From contig JAQBQV010000011.1 of assembly GCA_028286825.1 (NCBI GenBank), positions 12,920 through 76,919 of the forward strand: a stretch of 64,000 nucleotides of DNA. The letters run 5' to 3'. Made by a program: the position numbers and the translations under genes. Under the pieces are notes generated by a model. The model ran no database searches, was not told the origin of the DNA, and saw nothing but the letters and a program-made list of their open reading frames with translations. Source of the DNA: Parcubacteria group bacterium. GTDB lineage: Bacteria; Patescibacteriota; Minisyncoccia; Phycocordibacterales; Phycocordibacteraceae. Of the stretch, positions 46,202 through 56,466 are shown piece by piece (position 1 is the stretch's first letter; each line of letters opens with the position of its first letter).

Positions 46202-49200
46202 ATGACAGCCTTCTGGAGCTTCTTTATCACCAAACGCAATTTCACGATCTTCCTCATGATCGTGCTCTTTATTGCTGGCACCTACGCTGCGCTTTCCATG
46301 CCTAAAGAAGCAACGCCTGATATCCAGATTCCGCTCGGCGTGATCACCACAATCTTGCCAGGAGCTTCAGCTCCTGACATCGAGCGTCTCGTCACCAATA
46401 AGATTGAAAACGGTGTGCTTGGCCTCGAACATGTTTCAAAAGTGACTTCAACCTCAGGAGAAGGTATATCAAATATATCTGTCGAATTCGATGCCTCTGC
46501 TAATATCGATAAATCAATACAACAGCTCAAGGACGCTGTCGACAAGGTTCGTTCTGACCTTCCTACCGAGGCGCTTGCGCCAACCGTGAGTGACGTCAAT
46601 TTTGCCGATCAGCCTGTACTTATTGTCGCTGTATCGGGCAATTTAGCTCCTGCAGAACTCACCGCACTAGGTGAATCAGTCTCTGATGAGATCAAGCGCG
46701 TCAGCGGCGTCTCGAGAGTGACTGTTTCAGGCGTACGAGCACGCCAAGTAAGCGTCATTGTGAAGCAAGAACGCTTACGCCAATATAATCTTTCGCTCAC
46801 GGACGTCACAAACGCGATCCGAGCAGCTGGCGTTACCTCCCCTGCCGGCTCCCTGACAATCGACAACGTGAACTACGCTGTACGCTTTGAAGCTGGCGTC
46901 GTATCGACTGACCAGGTTGCCGGGCTTTCACTCACTGGTCCTACTGGCGCAACGCTCCACATAGCTGATGTTGCAGATGTTGTCGATGGACTTGAAGATC
47001 CTTCGACCTATTCAAGAGTGTCGGTGAACGGCGCGCCTGCAAACCCCTCACTCACGCTGACTGTCTTCAAGAGTCGGGGCGGCAACATAGCAGCCACTGG
47101 ATCTGCAGTGCAGAACAAACTCGAGGAGCTTCAGTCGGGTATCCTCGCGGGTACCGACATTGTCGTTTCGTTCAATGGAGCGGACGACGTGAGTAAGAGT
47201 CTCACTGAGCTCACGCGTGCAGGTATCGAAACGGTGATCCTCGTGATGATCGTGCTTATTGTCACACTCGGCTGGAGAGAGTCGTTGGTCGCGGCTGCGT
47301 CGATCCCGCTCTCGTTCCTTGTCGCGTTTATTGGTCTTCTCGCATCAGGGAACACGCTCAATAACGTCTCACTTTTCGCTCTTGTTCTCGCGATCGGTAT
47401 CTTGGTTGACTCCGGCATTGTGGTTGTCGAAGCATTCCATACACGGCTTCTCAAATACGGGGATAAGCAAGCGGCGGCTGTTGCGGCAATCCGCGAATAT
47501 GCGTGGCCGCTTATTGCCGGGACCTTCACCACGATTGTCGTCTTTATCCCACTCTTTTTTATCTCTGGCATTGTTGGTAAGTTCCTCGCGTCCATCCCGT
47601 TCACGGTTATTTTCGTTCTTCTTGCCAGCATTTTTGTCGCGCTTGGATTCGTTCCCTTACTTGCGATTATGTATGTGAAGCCTTCGCACTCTGCTACAGT
47701 GTCGCGCCAAGAAATATACAACACCAAAATTCGCACGTGGTACCAAGGGTTCCTCCATCGAATGCTCCATAATACTAGAAACCAGAACCGTTTTATTTGG
47801 GCGATGATAGGACTCTTTGTACTCGCAATCGCACTTCCCGCCACGGGACTCTTGAAGTCGATCTTCTTCCCGGGTGATGATTTTGATTATTTGTACATTC
47901 AGATTGAAAAGCCTCAAGGTACAGCGCTTGGCGCTACTGATCTCGCGATGCGCGAGGTAGAAGAGGTGCTCTACAACAACAGCGACATTATTTCTTTTGT
48001 AAGCCAGACCGGCGCTGGCAGTGCCTTTGCCACAAGCGACTTCTCGGGCCCAGGCTCAGGAGGTGCTGTCGGTAACATTACGGTCAACCTACCTAAAGGT
48101 CACAAAAAAACGAGCACCGAAATGGTTACTGAGCTGCGCAAAGAGCTAGCAAGCATTGCCTCAGCTACCATTACAGTTGGCGAGCCTGCGGGAGGCCCTC
48201 CTGCCTCAGCGCCGGTCTCCCTTACCTTCAGTGGCTCAGACCTGAACGCGCTAACCGTGACGTCGGAAAATGCGAGCCATATACTCTCCGACATCCCAGG
48301 TGTGCTAAATATTCAGTCGAGTACAAAAAGCTCAGGCGGCGAGTTTGTTGTGTCTCTCGACAGCGCGAAAGCGACTGAATTAGGTGTCTCCCCTTTGGTT
48401 GTTGCTGAGACGCTTCGCACTGCACTCTTCAGCCAGAAGGCAACCTCAATCCGAAGCGGTAAAGACGACATTGAAGTTCGCACGCGGCTTGACCTCAACC
48501 CCTCATACCAGGATCCTTCAGAAACAACGCATACCTCAATTGACGCAGTTCGCGCGCTTACCGTTCGCGGTACTCACGGACCCGTCCCGCTCTCGACGAT
48601 CGCACGGATTACGTACGAGCCGACTCAAACGTCGATTCGCCATGAGGCAGGAAATCGTATCAGCACCGTTACCGCGGATGTCGGTCCGCAATCAAATGCG
48701 GTCGAGGTTACCAATCAATTCAAGAAACTCTTTACCGCCGAAAATATTGGCTCCGGCGTCACCTTGAAGCTTGGTGGTACCTCTGAAGATATCAACAAAT
48801 CATTTACCGAACTCTTCCTCGCGCTTATTGCTGGAGCAGCACTGATGCTTTCAATCCTTATTCTCGAGTTCAACTCATTCCGCCATTCGCTCTACCTGCT
48901 CGCAATCATTCCGCTGTCACTCGTAGGTGTCTTTGGTGGTCTCGCCCTGGTCGGTTCCCCACTCTCGCTCCCGTCTATGCTTGGAGTGATCGCACTCGCC
49001 GGAGTGATCATTAATCATGCCATTATTCTCATGGACTCTATTGCGCGCATTCACCGCGAACACCCGGAGATGTCACTCGAGGGAGTAGTGGTCGAGGCGG
49101 GCTCAACAAGGCTTCGCCCCATACTTCTCACGACAATCGTAACCGTCATCGGTATGCTGCCCTTGGCCTTTGCCTCTCCGTTCTGGGCGCCTCTCGCCTT

Positions 49201-49360
49201 CGCCATTATGTTCGGTTTAGCCTTCTCACTTCTTCTTACGCTCGTGCTTATTCCTACGCTGTACTACCGCTGGCCTGGAAAAGACATACGGGCGCATTAC
49301 GCTCGCATAGCTTCTGCCGCAGAACCACCGAGTGCTCCTCCCGTTACTACCCATTACTAA
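46202..49360 (+). CDS. RND efflux permease (AcrB/AcrD/AcrF family)
   Basis: 1052 aa; AIGILVDSGIVVVE, RLRPILLTT. Confidence 0.95.
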   Translation: MTAFWSFFITKRNFTIFLMIVLFIAGTYAALSMPKEATPDIQIPLGVITTILPGASAPDIERLVTNKIENGVLGLEHVSKVTSTSGEGISNISVEFDASANIDKSIQQLKDAVDKVRSDLPTEALAPTVSDVNFADQPVLIVAVSGNLAPAELTALGESVSDEIKRVSGVSRVTVSGVRARQVSVIVKQERLRQYNLSLTDVTNAIRAAGVTSPAGSLTIDNVNYAVRFEAGVVSTDQVAGLSLTGPTGATLHIADVADVVDGLEDPSTYSRVSVNGAPANPSLTLTVFKSRGGNIAATGSAVQNKLEELQSGILAGTDIVVSFNGADDVSKSLTELTRAGIETVILVMIVLIVTLGWRESLVAAASIPLSFLVAFIGLLASGNTLNNVSLFALVLAIGILVDSGIVVVEAFHTRLLKYGDKQAAAVAAIREYAWPLIAGTFTTIVVFIPLFFISGIVGKFLASIPFTVIFVLLASIFVALGFVPLLAIMYVKPSHSATVSRQEIYNTKIRTWYQGFLHRMLHNTRNQNRFIWAMIGLFVLAIALPATGLLKSIFFPGDDFDYLYIQIEKPQGTALGATDLAMREVEEVLYNNSDIISFVSQTGAGSAFATSDFSGPGSGGAVGNITVNLPKGHKKTSTEMVTELRKELASIASATITVGEPAGGPPASAPVSLTFSGSDLNALTVTSENASHILSDIPGVLNIQSSTKSSGGEFVVSLDSAKATELGVSPLVVAETLRTALFSQKATSIRSGKDDIEVRTRLDLNPSYQDPSETTHTSIDAVRALTVRGTHGPVPLSTIARITYEPTQTSIRHEAGNRISTVTADVGPQSNAVEVTNQFKKLFTAENIGSGVTLKLGGTSEDINKSFTELFLALIAGAALMLSILILEFNSFRHSLYLLAIIPLSLVGVFGGLALVGSPLSLPSMLGVIALAGVIINHAIILMDSIARIHREHPEMSLEGVVVEAGSTRLRPILLTTIVTVIGMLPLAFASPFWAPLAFAIMFGLAFSLLLTLVLIPTLYYRWPGKDIRAHYARIASAAEPPSAPPVTTHY

Positions 49361-49390
49361 CAAAACGGCCGCGTGCGCGGCCGTTTTGTT
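49359..49390. terminator. Bidirectional terminator
   Basis: AACAAAACGGCCGC-GTGC-GCGGCCGTTTTGTT between convergent genes. Confidence 0.8.
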
Positions 49391-49417
49391 ATCCCGAGAG
49401 TTGGAGTTGATAACGTT

Positions 49418-50287
49418 TTATTGAATAAGATGGATCGGTACTGATAGCACATCGCCGCTGTTTTCACCTCGGAAGATATAGAGATATTCGCCAATCGTTC
49501 CAGGTAAGGTCATAGAGCCTGTTGAGAAGTTTCCGCCTCCGTCAGCGTGCGCTGTGCGGACAGTTTGACCGTTGAGCGTAATCGTAACCGTTTCTTCATG
49601 ACCGAAATTGCGACCATTGAAGTCAATGGTGCCTCCCGCCCGGTAGGTATGACCGCTCTGATCAACCCAAGCTCCTGTTCGATTCGTCGTTACAGGTGGC
49701 GTTGTCGTTCCAGAGCCGCCGGGCGTGGTAGTCCCCATTCCTAGATTATCAATCAGCCATTGAATCTGAACCGCATCACCTGGATACATCATTTTAAGCC
49801 ACATAAGATGCATGACGAGCCCATCGCGACCACACCAGTCAGTAGTTGAGGCAGTTGTTGAACCGAAACCGAAAGGCATGGAGTGCCAATCTGACCACAT
49901 AGTCGACGTCGCATTCATGGGAGTATTTGTCGCATTCCCTCCCCACATCCCCATTCCATTACAAAGTCCAATCGGGTGTGACTCTGGAGTAGTGGTGCCC
50001 ATACCACCTGTTGTAGTTGCTATCGTACCGGTACTGGTTGCAGTAGTGGTGCCCATATTACCTGTTGTAGTTGCTATCGTACCGGTACTGGTTGCAGTAG
50101 TGGTGCCTACCGCCATAAATTGGAACAGCGGTGTAGTGGTTCCGGTAGTAAGGCCTTCCGCTGTATTTGAGACTTCTTGAGTAGTAGTCGACGTCGTTTG
50201 GGCGTAGGTATGCGGCGTGCTAAGCGTTGCTACCAAAAGCAAAGCCATCAGTCCCCAAAGCCTATATCTGAGCATATGTCTAATCAT
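49418..50287 (-). CDS. Secreted Thr/Gly-rich protein with C-terminal Ig-like domain
   Basis: Signal peptide, low-complexity repeats, GRNFGHEETVTITLNG. Confidence 0.75.
   Translation of the reverse strand: MIRHMLRYRLWGLMALLLVATLSTPHTYAQTTSTTTQEVSNTAEGLTTGTTTPLFQFMAVGTTTATSTGTIATTTGNMGTTTATSTGTIATTTGGMGTTTPESHPIGLCNGMGMWGGNATNTPMNATSTMWSDWHSMPFGFGSTTASTTDWCGRDGLVMHLMWLKMMYPGDAVQIQWLIDNLGMGTTTPGGSGTTTPPVTTNRTGAWVDQSGHTYRAGGTIDFNGRNFGHEETVTITLNGQTVRTAHADGGGNFSTGSMTLPGTIGEYLYIFRGENSGDVLSVPIHLIQ
49988..50107. repeat. Intragenic 54-bp tandem repeat (about 2.2 copies)
   Basis: Encodes GTTTATSTGTIATTTG[N/G]M. Confidence 0.85.
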
Positions 50288-50432
50288 AGATGGATTTTAT
50301 TATGTGTTTATAATGTTTATAATTTATAAATGGTGTCGTGCAGTAAGGTCTGAGTACCAACGGTTCTCTGGTTTTCTCTGGTTATCGTGCATCCACAAAA
50401 CTATAAGTGTCTAGCTGTTAAAAAGAAGTGAA

Positions 50433-51104
50433 TCAATACCCTTGAGTTAGCGTGTTAAGTTGGGATAGCAAATTGGAAAGTTGTTGTTGGAGTTGAGAAA
50501 TCTTAATACGCAATGCCGTGATCTCTGCAGTGCGAGCCTGAGATGTGTACGATGGCTTTGCGTTTATCACCGTCGCGGTATACGTATTGCCATAGCTTGG
50601 AGCGGTCACATACCCCGAGTTCCCCCAGTACGTTTGTGTTTGTTGCGCTGGCGCATTTACAAGAAATGTCGGTGGGTTGTACGGATCTATACCGGTCGCT
50701 GTTACCGTCACGAGACCAGCTGAGACATTTGGTACGCGAATTACCGTTGAGAACGATCCGTTACTGTCGGAGACGACTCTCCCGACTGCTATACCGGCGA
50801 AGTAAATAACAATTGCCGAGTTGCGGTTGAATGCGCTTCCAGAAACGACTACCTGTTCCCCAGGGACGCCGTCGTGTGGACTCGTACTGACTGAACCTGT
50901 TGGTACGCCTGGGTCGTATGAGTGAACTGGAGGCAGGGACGGAATATAGGTATTAACGTATCCACCAGTACCAGTATTCGGGTAATAAGATCCGCCATTA
51001 GAGGTATAGGTCGAGCTATACGTCTGGGCCTCTGCCTTTGCACTAAGACCAGTAACAATGAGTAGCGCAAGTAGGCTGTAGTTTAGGATTTTCATTTTCT
51101 TCAT
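50433..51104 (-). CDS. Secreted protein with Ig-like domain and C-terminal coiled coil
   Basis: Signal peptide; VVVSGSAF...SDSNGSFS. Confidence 0.7.
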   Translation of the reverse strand: MKKMKILNYSLLALLIVTGLSAKAEAQTYSSTYTSNGGSYYPNTGTGGYVNTYIPSLPPVHSYDPGVPTGSVSTSPHDGVPGEQVVVSGSAFNRNSAIVIYFAGIAVGRVVSDSNGSFSTVIRVPNVSAGLVTVTATGIDPYNPPTFLVNAPAQQTQTYWGNSGYVTAPSYGNTYTATVINAKPSYTSQARTAEITALRIKISQLQQQLSNLLSQLNTLTQGY

Positions 51105-51198
51105 TAACGTAGCCTACGCCAGTGCGGGTTAATGCTGAGTGAAGTAGTATGCTCTAGCTTAACTTTCTCTTCACTCGAGACACGGTATCACTACCTGC

Positions 51199-51702
51199 AT
51201 GATTAATGCCATTACGATCATTAAGCGAGACCACCGCGCTATAAAGACTGACTATCTTCAATTCAAAACGTTGAGCGGGAACGAGCAAAGGCGCATTGCT
51301 GAAAAAATCTTTAGTGCGCTCGATGCCCACGCGAAGATGGAGGAGGAATTTTTTTATCCGACAGTAGTCAAAGAGGCAAGCACTGACGCACGCATCCTAA
51401 TCGAGAGTGCGCTCGCCGAGCATGCGGAGACAAAACAACTAATTCAACGATTTCGCAGAGAGCAAGATTGGCTTGGCTTTGAAATGAAGATTGAGGAGCT
51501 TCTAGCAGGTGTTATGCATCACGTGCATGACGAGGAGAAGCAACTTTTACCACTTGTAAAAGACTCCCTCTCACAACAACGGCTTGAAGCCCTGGGTGCA
51601 GAAATGGATCTCCATTCTCCGAGTCGAGGTCAGACCGTGAGTGACCAAATCGGCGAACAACTCAAATCCAATGCAGCATTTCTTACCAAGAAAAAGAAAT
51701 AA
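51199..51702 (+). CDS. Hemerythrin/HHE domain protein
   Basis: DH, HAKMEEEFFYP, EH, HHVHDEE. Confidence 0.9.
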   Translation: MINAITIIKRDHRAIKTDYLQFKTLSGNEQRRIAEKIFSALDAHAKMEEEFFYPTVVKEASTDARILIESALAEHAETKQLIQRFRREQDWLGFEMKIEELLAGVMHHVHDEEKQLLPLVKDSLSQQRLEALGAEMDLHSPSRGQTVSDQIGEQLKSNAAFLTKKKK

Positions 51703-51799
51703 CGGCAACAGTCGTGCTCTTAACTAAGTCTTAACGCATGAACCCCTATACTCGCGCTACAGGTCGATACCATTAATAAAAAAGCTAATACTACTCATT

Positions 51800-52072
51800 A
51801 TGACTAACGACACAAATCGCGACAACGATAACTCGGGCGCTCGCGGCACTAGTTCGATGGAAGGGTCAGGAGACACGTCACAGACAAGTGGCAAGGCAGC
51901 TCATGAAAAGGATTCGGAAATGGAAGCAAACGAAGAGCAGCGCGAAAGCGGAGCAGGTGAAGGCAGAAAAGCTTCGCATAGCTCAGAGTCAAACAACATG
52001 AATACTGCCGATTCAGACACGACCTCGGGCAGGAACGCAGGTTGGTCCTCAGACTTTGAAAGCGGCACATAG
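51800..52072 (+). CDS. Small hydrophilic stress-type protein
   Basis: Low-complexity Ser/Gly/acidic ORF followed by a terminator. Confidence 0.6.
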   Translation: MTNDTNRDNDNSGARGTSSMEGSGDTSQTSGKAAHEKDSEMEANEEQRESGAGEGRKASHSSESNNMNTADSDTTSGRNAGWSSDFESGT

Positions 52073-52086
52073 TGTTGCCGATAGTC

Positions 52087-52128
52087 CATAAGAAAAACCG
52101 AGAGTCCGAACTCTCGGTTTTTCTTATG
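52087..52128. terminator. Bidirectional terminator
   Basis: CATAAGAAAAACCGAGAGT-CCGA-ACTCTCGGTTTTTCTTATG. Confidence 0.8.
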
Positions 52129-52154
52129 CCGCACAGGGGAATCGCTTTTTAAAA

Positions 52155-52814
52155 CTAGCGGAGCGGAGCGAGAGTCCAATCGCGCAGAGCAAGCGCTGTT
52201 ATCAGTGACGGTTCAGTCGAAGAAACAATACCCGAAACACCCACAAAGTCCCCTATATGAATTGTGCTTGCTAGAGCCGTACCAACACCTGGAGGAATAA
52301 ACGCGGTGTCGCTTGTAATGCGCACCGTCCATTCCCCACCCCAGGTAACGAGCGTGAGCGCCGTTGAGGAAGCCGCCGTCACTACTCCTCGCAACAAAAT
52401 GTTTCCGTTCGCATCAATCTGTACCACTGCTGGTACTGGCGAGTGCTTAAGAGCGATAAGTGTCGGGAGTGCGTAGCCGGGATGAATCGCTACCGTAGTT
52501 GAGGCAGCTGTGGCTGCGGACGTCGTTGTAGTGGACGTAGTTGCTGTTGAGATATTGGCACTTGTCGAAGATAACTCTTGAGCTGCCGCTGAAGTTGAGC
52601 TTCCCGTCAACGTAGGGCCGCGGTAAGAGGTAGTACTTGATAAAGAGTTGACGTCATCAGTTGTCGAGGTAGGGGAAGACGAGGCCATCGTTGCACAAGA
52701 AGCTGCAATGCAGGTCGACGGCGTTATCTGGGCGTTTACCAAAACAGATCCTGACAAAAAGACTGCTGCAGCAGCCACAACAACGCTCGAAACACGCATT
52801 GACTGTTTGTTCAT
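52155..52814 (-). CDS. Secreted Ser/Thr-rich protein with DUF5666-like OB domain
   Basis: Signal peptide; LRGVVTA...VRITSDT...IGDFVGVSG. Confidence 0.65.
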   Translation of the reverse strand: MNKQSMRVSSVVVAAAAVFLSGSVLVNAQITPSTCIAASCATMASSSPTSTTDDVNSLSSTTSYRGPTLTGSSTSAAAQELSSTSANISTATTSTTTTSAATAASTTVAIHPGYALPTLIALKHSPVPAVVQIDANGNILLRGVVTAASSTALTLVTWGGEWTVRITSDTAFIPPGVGTALASTIHIGDFVGVSGIVSSTEPSLITALALRDWTLAPLR

Positions 52815-52895
52815 ACGTAAAGCGATTAACTAGTAACTACCTACTGTAGTTAGACCACTGTACCCGCAACTATATGAATCATGAGTGAAAGCCCG

Positions 52896-53702
52896 TCAGT
52901 AGCTTTTATACCAAAAACCAAAGGGTCCGAGTGGAAGATATTTCCCGATGCGCGTACGATGGATCGATAGCGCGAGCGCCGAAGTGCCCAGGTTTGCCCC
53001 AATCCGCTCAGAAAGACTGCGCATATAAGTGCCTGAGCCACATACCACTCGTAGCCGAATTACCCAAAAAGATTTTACTCCCGCTAATGCTACGGCGCCC
53101 CAACAGAGTTTCACCTCTTCAATACGAAAATCTCTTCCTAATTTTTTTGATGACGCCATACTGTGCGGTACTTTCTGTAAGAGTAAATCAACTCGATCAA
53201 AAAGCTGATTCGCTTTGAGCTCATAGAAATCGCGATATCGAATTTGATAGAGGTGCTCGGTGTGCGTCGGAATAGTAATTGTGTCGAGTCCTGCCTCCAA
53301 TGCGTGAAGGAAGAGCGGCTTACCACCCACTGTTTTTGAAGAAAAAACTGGGTAGGCATGCACCTGAGCGCCTTCTTCCTTTTTGAGCGCCTTCTTCAGC
53401 TGCGTTGTACGTACCACAGGCAGCCGTGGGGCGGCTTCTACGAGACCCAGCACGTCCCCCGTATCACTACCCACTCCAAGCAGTATCTCGATTTCATACT
53501 CTTTGTCGAGCTTAGTGTATGCCGTTTGTCGTTTACATTCTTCCCCAAGGAGTATGAGGAGTTTTCCTGAAGCCATGGGATCCAACCGTCCGGCATATGA
53601 AGCGGATACCTTTCTATAGTTGGGGTGACCTCTTCTCCACGACTCTAGAGCGGCAAGAGGCGTCTCCCCCACCAGTTTGTCGAGTACCACAAAACGCTTC
53701 AT
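52896..53702 (-). CDS. truB: TruB-like pseudouridine synthase
   Basis: YAGRLDPMASGKLLIL, KEYEIEI, CGSGTYMRSL; start trimmed to MKRFVVLDK. Confidence 0.75.
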   Translation of the reverse strand: MKRFVVLDKLVGETPLAALESWRRGHPNYRKVSASYAGRLDPMASGKLLILLGEECKRQTAYTKLDKEYEIEILLGVGSDTGDVLGLVEAAPRLPVVRTTQLKKALKKEEGAQVHAYPVFSSKTVGGKPLFLHALEAGLDTITIPTHTEHLYQIRYRDFYELKANQLFDRVDLLLQKVPHSMASSKKLGRDFRIEEVKLCWGAVALAGVKSFWVIRLRVVCGSGTYMRSLSERIGANLGTSALALSIHRTRIGKYLPLGPFGFWYKSY

Positions 53703-53730
53703 GTTTACCTTAGTATACTCCGTCGCTCGT

Positions 53731-55893
53731 TTAGTGACTGGGGGTATTGAAATCGACGGTAGCAAGGACTGATTCAATGTCGATACTACTTACTGGTTTA
53801 GTAAGGTGGTAGTTAAACCCAGCCTCTTCAGCCTTTTTCTTATCATCTTCTTGGCCGTAGCCCGTGAGTGCAACGAGAACAAGCGCCGTAGTATCAAATT
53901 GCTGTCGCAACAGCTTTGCAACAGTGTATCCGTCCATATCTGGCATACCAATATCGAGAAGCACCACCTGAGCTTGATTTGTTTGCATATGCACAAGAGC
54001 GTCTGAACCGTTGTAAACAGACGAAACAGTGTGGCCACCATGCGAAAGCAGTTTCTCTAGTCCACGCGCCGCCGCAACATTATCATCGACGATTAAAATA
54101 CGGTATGCGGCTTTCGATCCTACCTTTCCCCCTCTGGACACTTCGTTTCGCGCCCGATGAGCGGGGACCGCTAGTGCTATCTGTACATTTGCAGCGCCGG
54201 GTAGCACCACCGTGAACGTACTACCCTTCCCAAGACCTGGACTTTCGACCGAGATTGTACCTCCATGAAGCTCGACAAGGCGCTTTGTGAGCGAGAGACC
54301 AATGCCAAGCCCTGCGCTATGAGTACTTGTCTGAACAAATGGTTCAAATATCTTAGCCAGCATTTCTTGCTCAATACCAATACCAGTATCTCGCACTTCA
54401 ATACGTAAATTACGCTCTTCACGCCGGGTGGTGAGAGTAATGGTGCCGCCCGGTTCAGTATATTTACCTGCATTATTGAGCAGATTAACCAATATCTGTT
54501 CGAGCCGAAGTGGATCTGCTTCTACCCACACATCAGGTTCTGTAAGAACTATAAAGAGCGTATGACCCTTGATAGAATACAAAGCCTCTACCGTACGTCT
54601 GGCTTGCTCAACGAGCGGCTCAACTTTTGTGCTAACTTTTTGAAGTTTGAATTTCTTCCGAGAAATGCGGGAAACATCAAGAAGATCATCAAGTAAGTGC
54701 GTCAATGTTAGGTTGTGTGCGTCGGCGATCTGCACGAGCTCAAGAAGGTCAGGGCGATTAACTTCTGTAAGTCCTATTTTGAGTAGCTCGAGCGAGCTCA
54801 CAACTGGTGCAAGAGGGTTTCGCAATTCGTGAGCAAGAGTTGCAAGGAATTCATTTTTAGCTTGATCGTCGAGTGATAGTCGCTTATTTACCGCTTCGAC
54901 CTCGCGCGCCCGCGTTCGTGCCACCTCAGCGTTTATTCTTCCCTCTTCGACAAGCGCTCCGAGAATATAAAAAATCGGTGCAATAAGAATAATAAATAGC
55001 TCATCGCTCAGTAACTGTTCAGTTATCGGAATAATGCCGGTCGGCGAAACAATACTGCCAGCCGTTCCAAATATTGACACAAGCGCTATTGCCGCTGCAA
55101 CAAATCGCGGCTGTAATTTGAGTCCAATCCAAAAAAGCACAGCGAACAACAGGTAGATGACAATAAACATGTTGTACGTAGGGAGAGCTGTCCAATAGGT
55201 CAGATACGTCACAAGAGTGAGACATGCAAGGGCCGTAAAGCTTTGTAAGCGTTCGCGGGGACTAATATCGACGGATTGAGTGCTCCATGCAGTAATGAGA
55301 GGAGTAAATACTAAAATATTAAGCACACCACCTGCCCACGCGCGACTAAAGGTAACCCATGCTGATGTCGTCAGTGAATTACCGAGCCATTGCGCAATGG
55401 TCGTTAGCGTCGGCCCAACAATAGGAAGCAGCAGCGCCACACCGACAATAAGCAGCGCGTCTTTCGTCCGTCCAAGAGTACCAGAGTAACCGAAACGATT
55501 TAGCATATATCGACCAATTACTGCCTGAAGGGTGTAGCCGATGGTCGATAGAAGCGTAAAAAGAACTGTTGGGTGGCCGGGGCTCGTTATGGTGGCCAGA
55601 AACCAAGCAACAGCTATCGGCGTAGCTAGGCGATAGCCACCAAGAAGTATGGCAGCAAGTGCAATGCCAGTGGGTATAAAGAGAACGGCCGGACTTGTAT
55701 CGTAGTGAAAAAAAAGAAACTGATTCGCCTTCAAACACAGGAATAGTACAGCGAAAACCGCAACATACGCCGCGGCCTTGCGTTTAAACAATAGTTCAAG
55801 CCGTGGAAGAGAGTAACGAATGCCCATTGGCAAAAAGTTCACGCCCTGCGAGAGGTCAGGTGAAGAAGACATGGCATACTCGTTAGCAGGCAC
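53731..55893 (-). CDS. MASE1-domain hybrid sensor histidine kinase/response regulator
   Basis: TM MASE1-like region, LAHELRNPL, NLLNNAGKY, GLGIGL, receiver LLDIGMP...KP; start uncertain. Confidence 0.92.
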   Translation of the reverse strand: MPANEYAMSSSPDLSQGVNFLPMGIRYSLPRLELLFKRKAAAYVAVFAVLFLCLKANQFLFFHYDTSPAVLFIPTGIALAAILLGGYRLATPIAVAWFLATITSPGHPTVLFTLLSTIGYTLQAVIGRYMLNRFGYSGTLGRTKDALLIVGVALLLPIVGPTLTTIAQWLGNSLTTSAWVTFSRAWAGGVLNILVFTPLITAWSTQSVDISPRERLQSFTALACLTLVTYLTYWTALPTYNMFIVIYLLFAVLFWIGLKLQPRFVAAAIALVSIFGTAGSIVSPTGIIPITEQLLSDELFIILIAPIFYILGALVEEGRINAEVARTRAREVEAVNKRLSLDDQAKNEFLATLAHELRNPLAPVVSSLELLKIGLTEVNRPDLLELVQIADAHNLTLTHLLDDLLDVSRISRKKFKLQKVSTKVEPLVEQARRTVEALYSIKGHTLFIVLTEPDVWVEADPLRLEQILVNLLNNAGKYTEPGGTITLTTRREERNLRIEVRDTGIGIEQEMLAKIFEPFVQTSTHSAGLGIGLSLTKRLVELHGGTISVESPGLGKGSTFTVVLPGAANVQIALAVPAHRARNEVSRGGKVGSKAAYRILIVDDNVAAARGLEKLLSHGGHTVSSVYNGSDALVHMQTNQAQVVLLDIGMPDMDGYTVAKLLRQQFDTTALVLVALTGYGQEDDKKKAEEAGFNYHLTKPVSSIDIESVLATVDFNTPSH

Positions 55894-55958
55894 TCAGCAA
55901 TTTTAACCTTTCTCGTAATGAAGGACAGATGAAGCTTAGGCTTGCGCTTTTTGCCAAC

Positions 55959-56120
55959 CTACGGACGAGAACCGAAAGGATATTCACCGTATATGACACG
56001 GATGAGGATTGAGACGATAGCAAGAACGAGCAATAGGTGAATAAACCACCCGATCGTATACACTCCGATAACACCGAGAAGCCAGAGAACAATAAGTACT
56101 ACGGCAATAGTTACAAGCAT
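55959..56120 (-). CDS. lmo0937/DUF5670-like small membrane protein
   Basis: MLVTIAVVLIVLWLLG...GWFIHLLLVLAIV. Confidence 0.8.
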   Translation of the reverse strand: MLVTIAVVLIVLWLLGVIGVYTIGWFIHLLLVLAIVSILIRVIYGEYPFGSRP

Positions 56121-56466
56121 AAAATGATGGGTGCTTAATGAATAATATTTCCCTCCTCTGGCACGTTTCTTCGGCGACATAATGGGCGCCATGCATTCCG
56201 CCTTTCCGAGAGCCCGATTGAAATTGCCTGTTCGCGCCTCTAAATTTTTCGATACGTTCCTCTGCCACGCTTCAGATGTCCCTACTTACATCCACTCATG
56301 ACTTTTGCCATTTCGCGTGGAGCTGTTGTACGCGGAGCTCGGGTAAGGCGGCTCGATAGCATACGAAAACTATTGTGCCCGCTAGCGCGTGAGTACTGAA
56401 TGAAAAATGCTGAGCCAATTAATGAGTTCAGTCTTCGTTCATCACCTAAGGTAGATACTTGAGCAT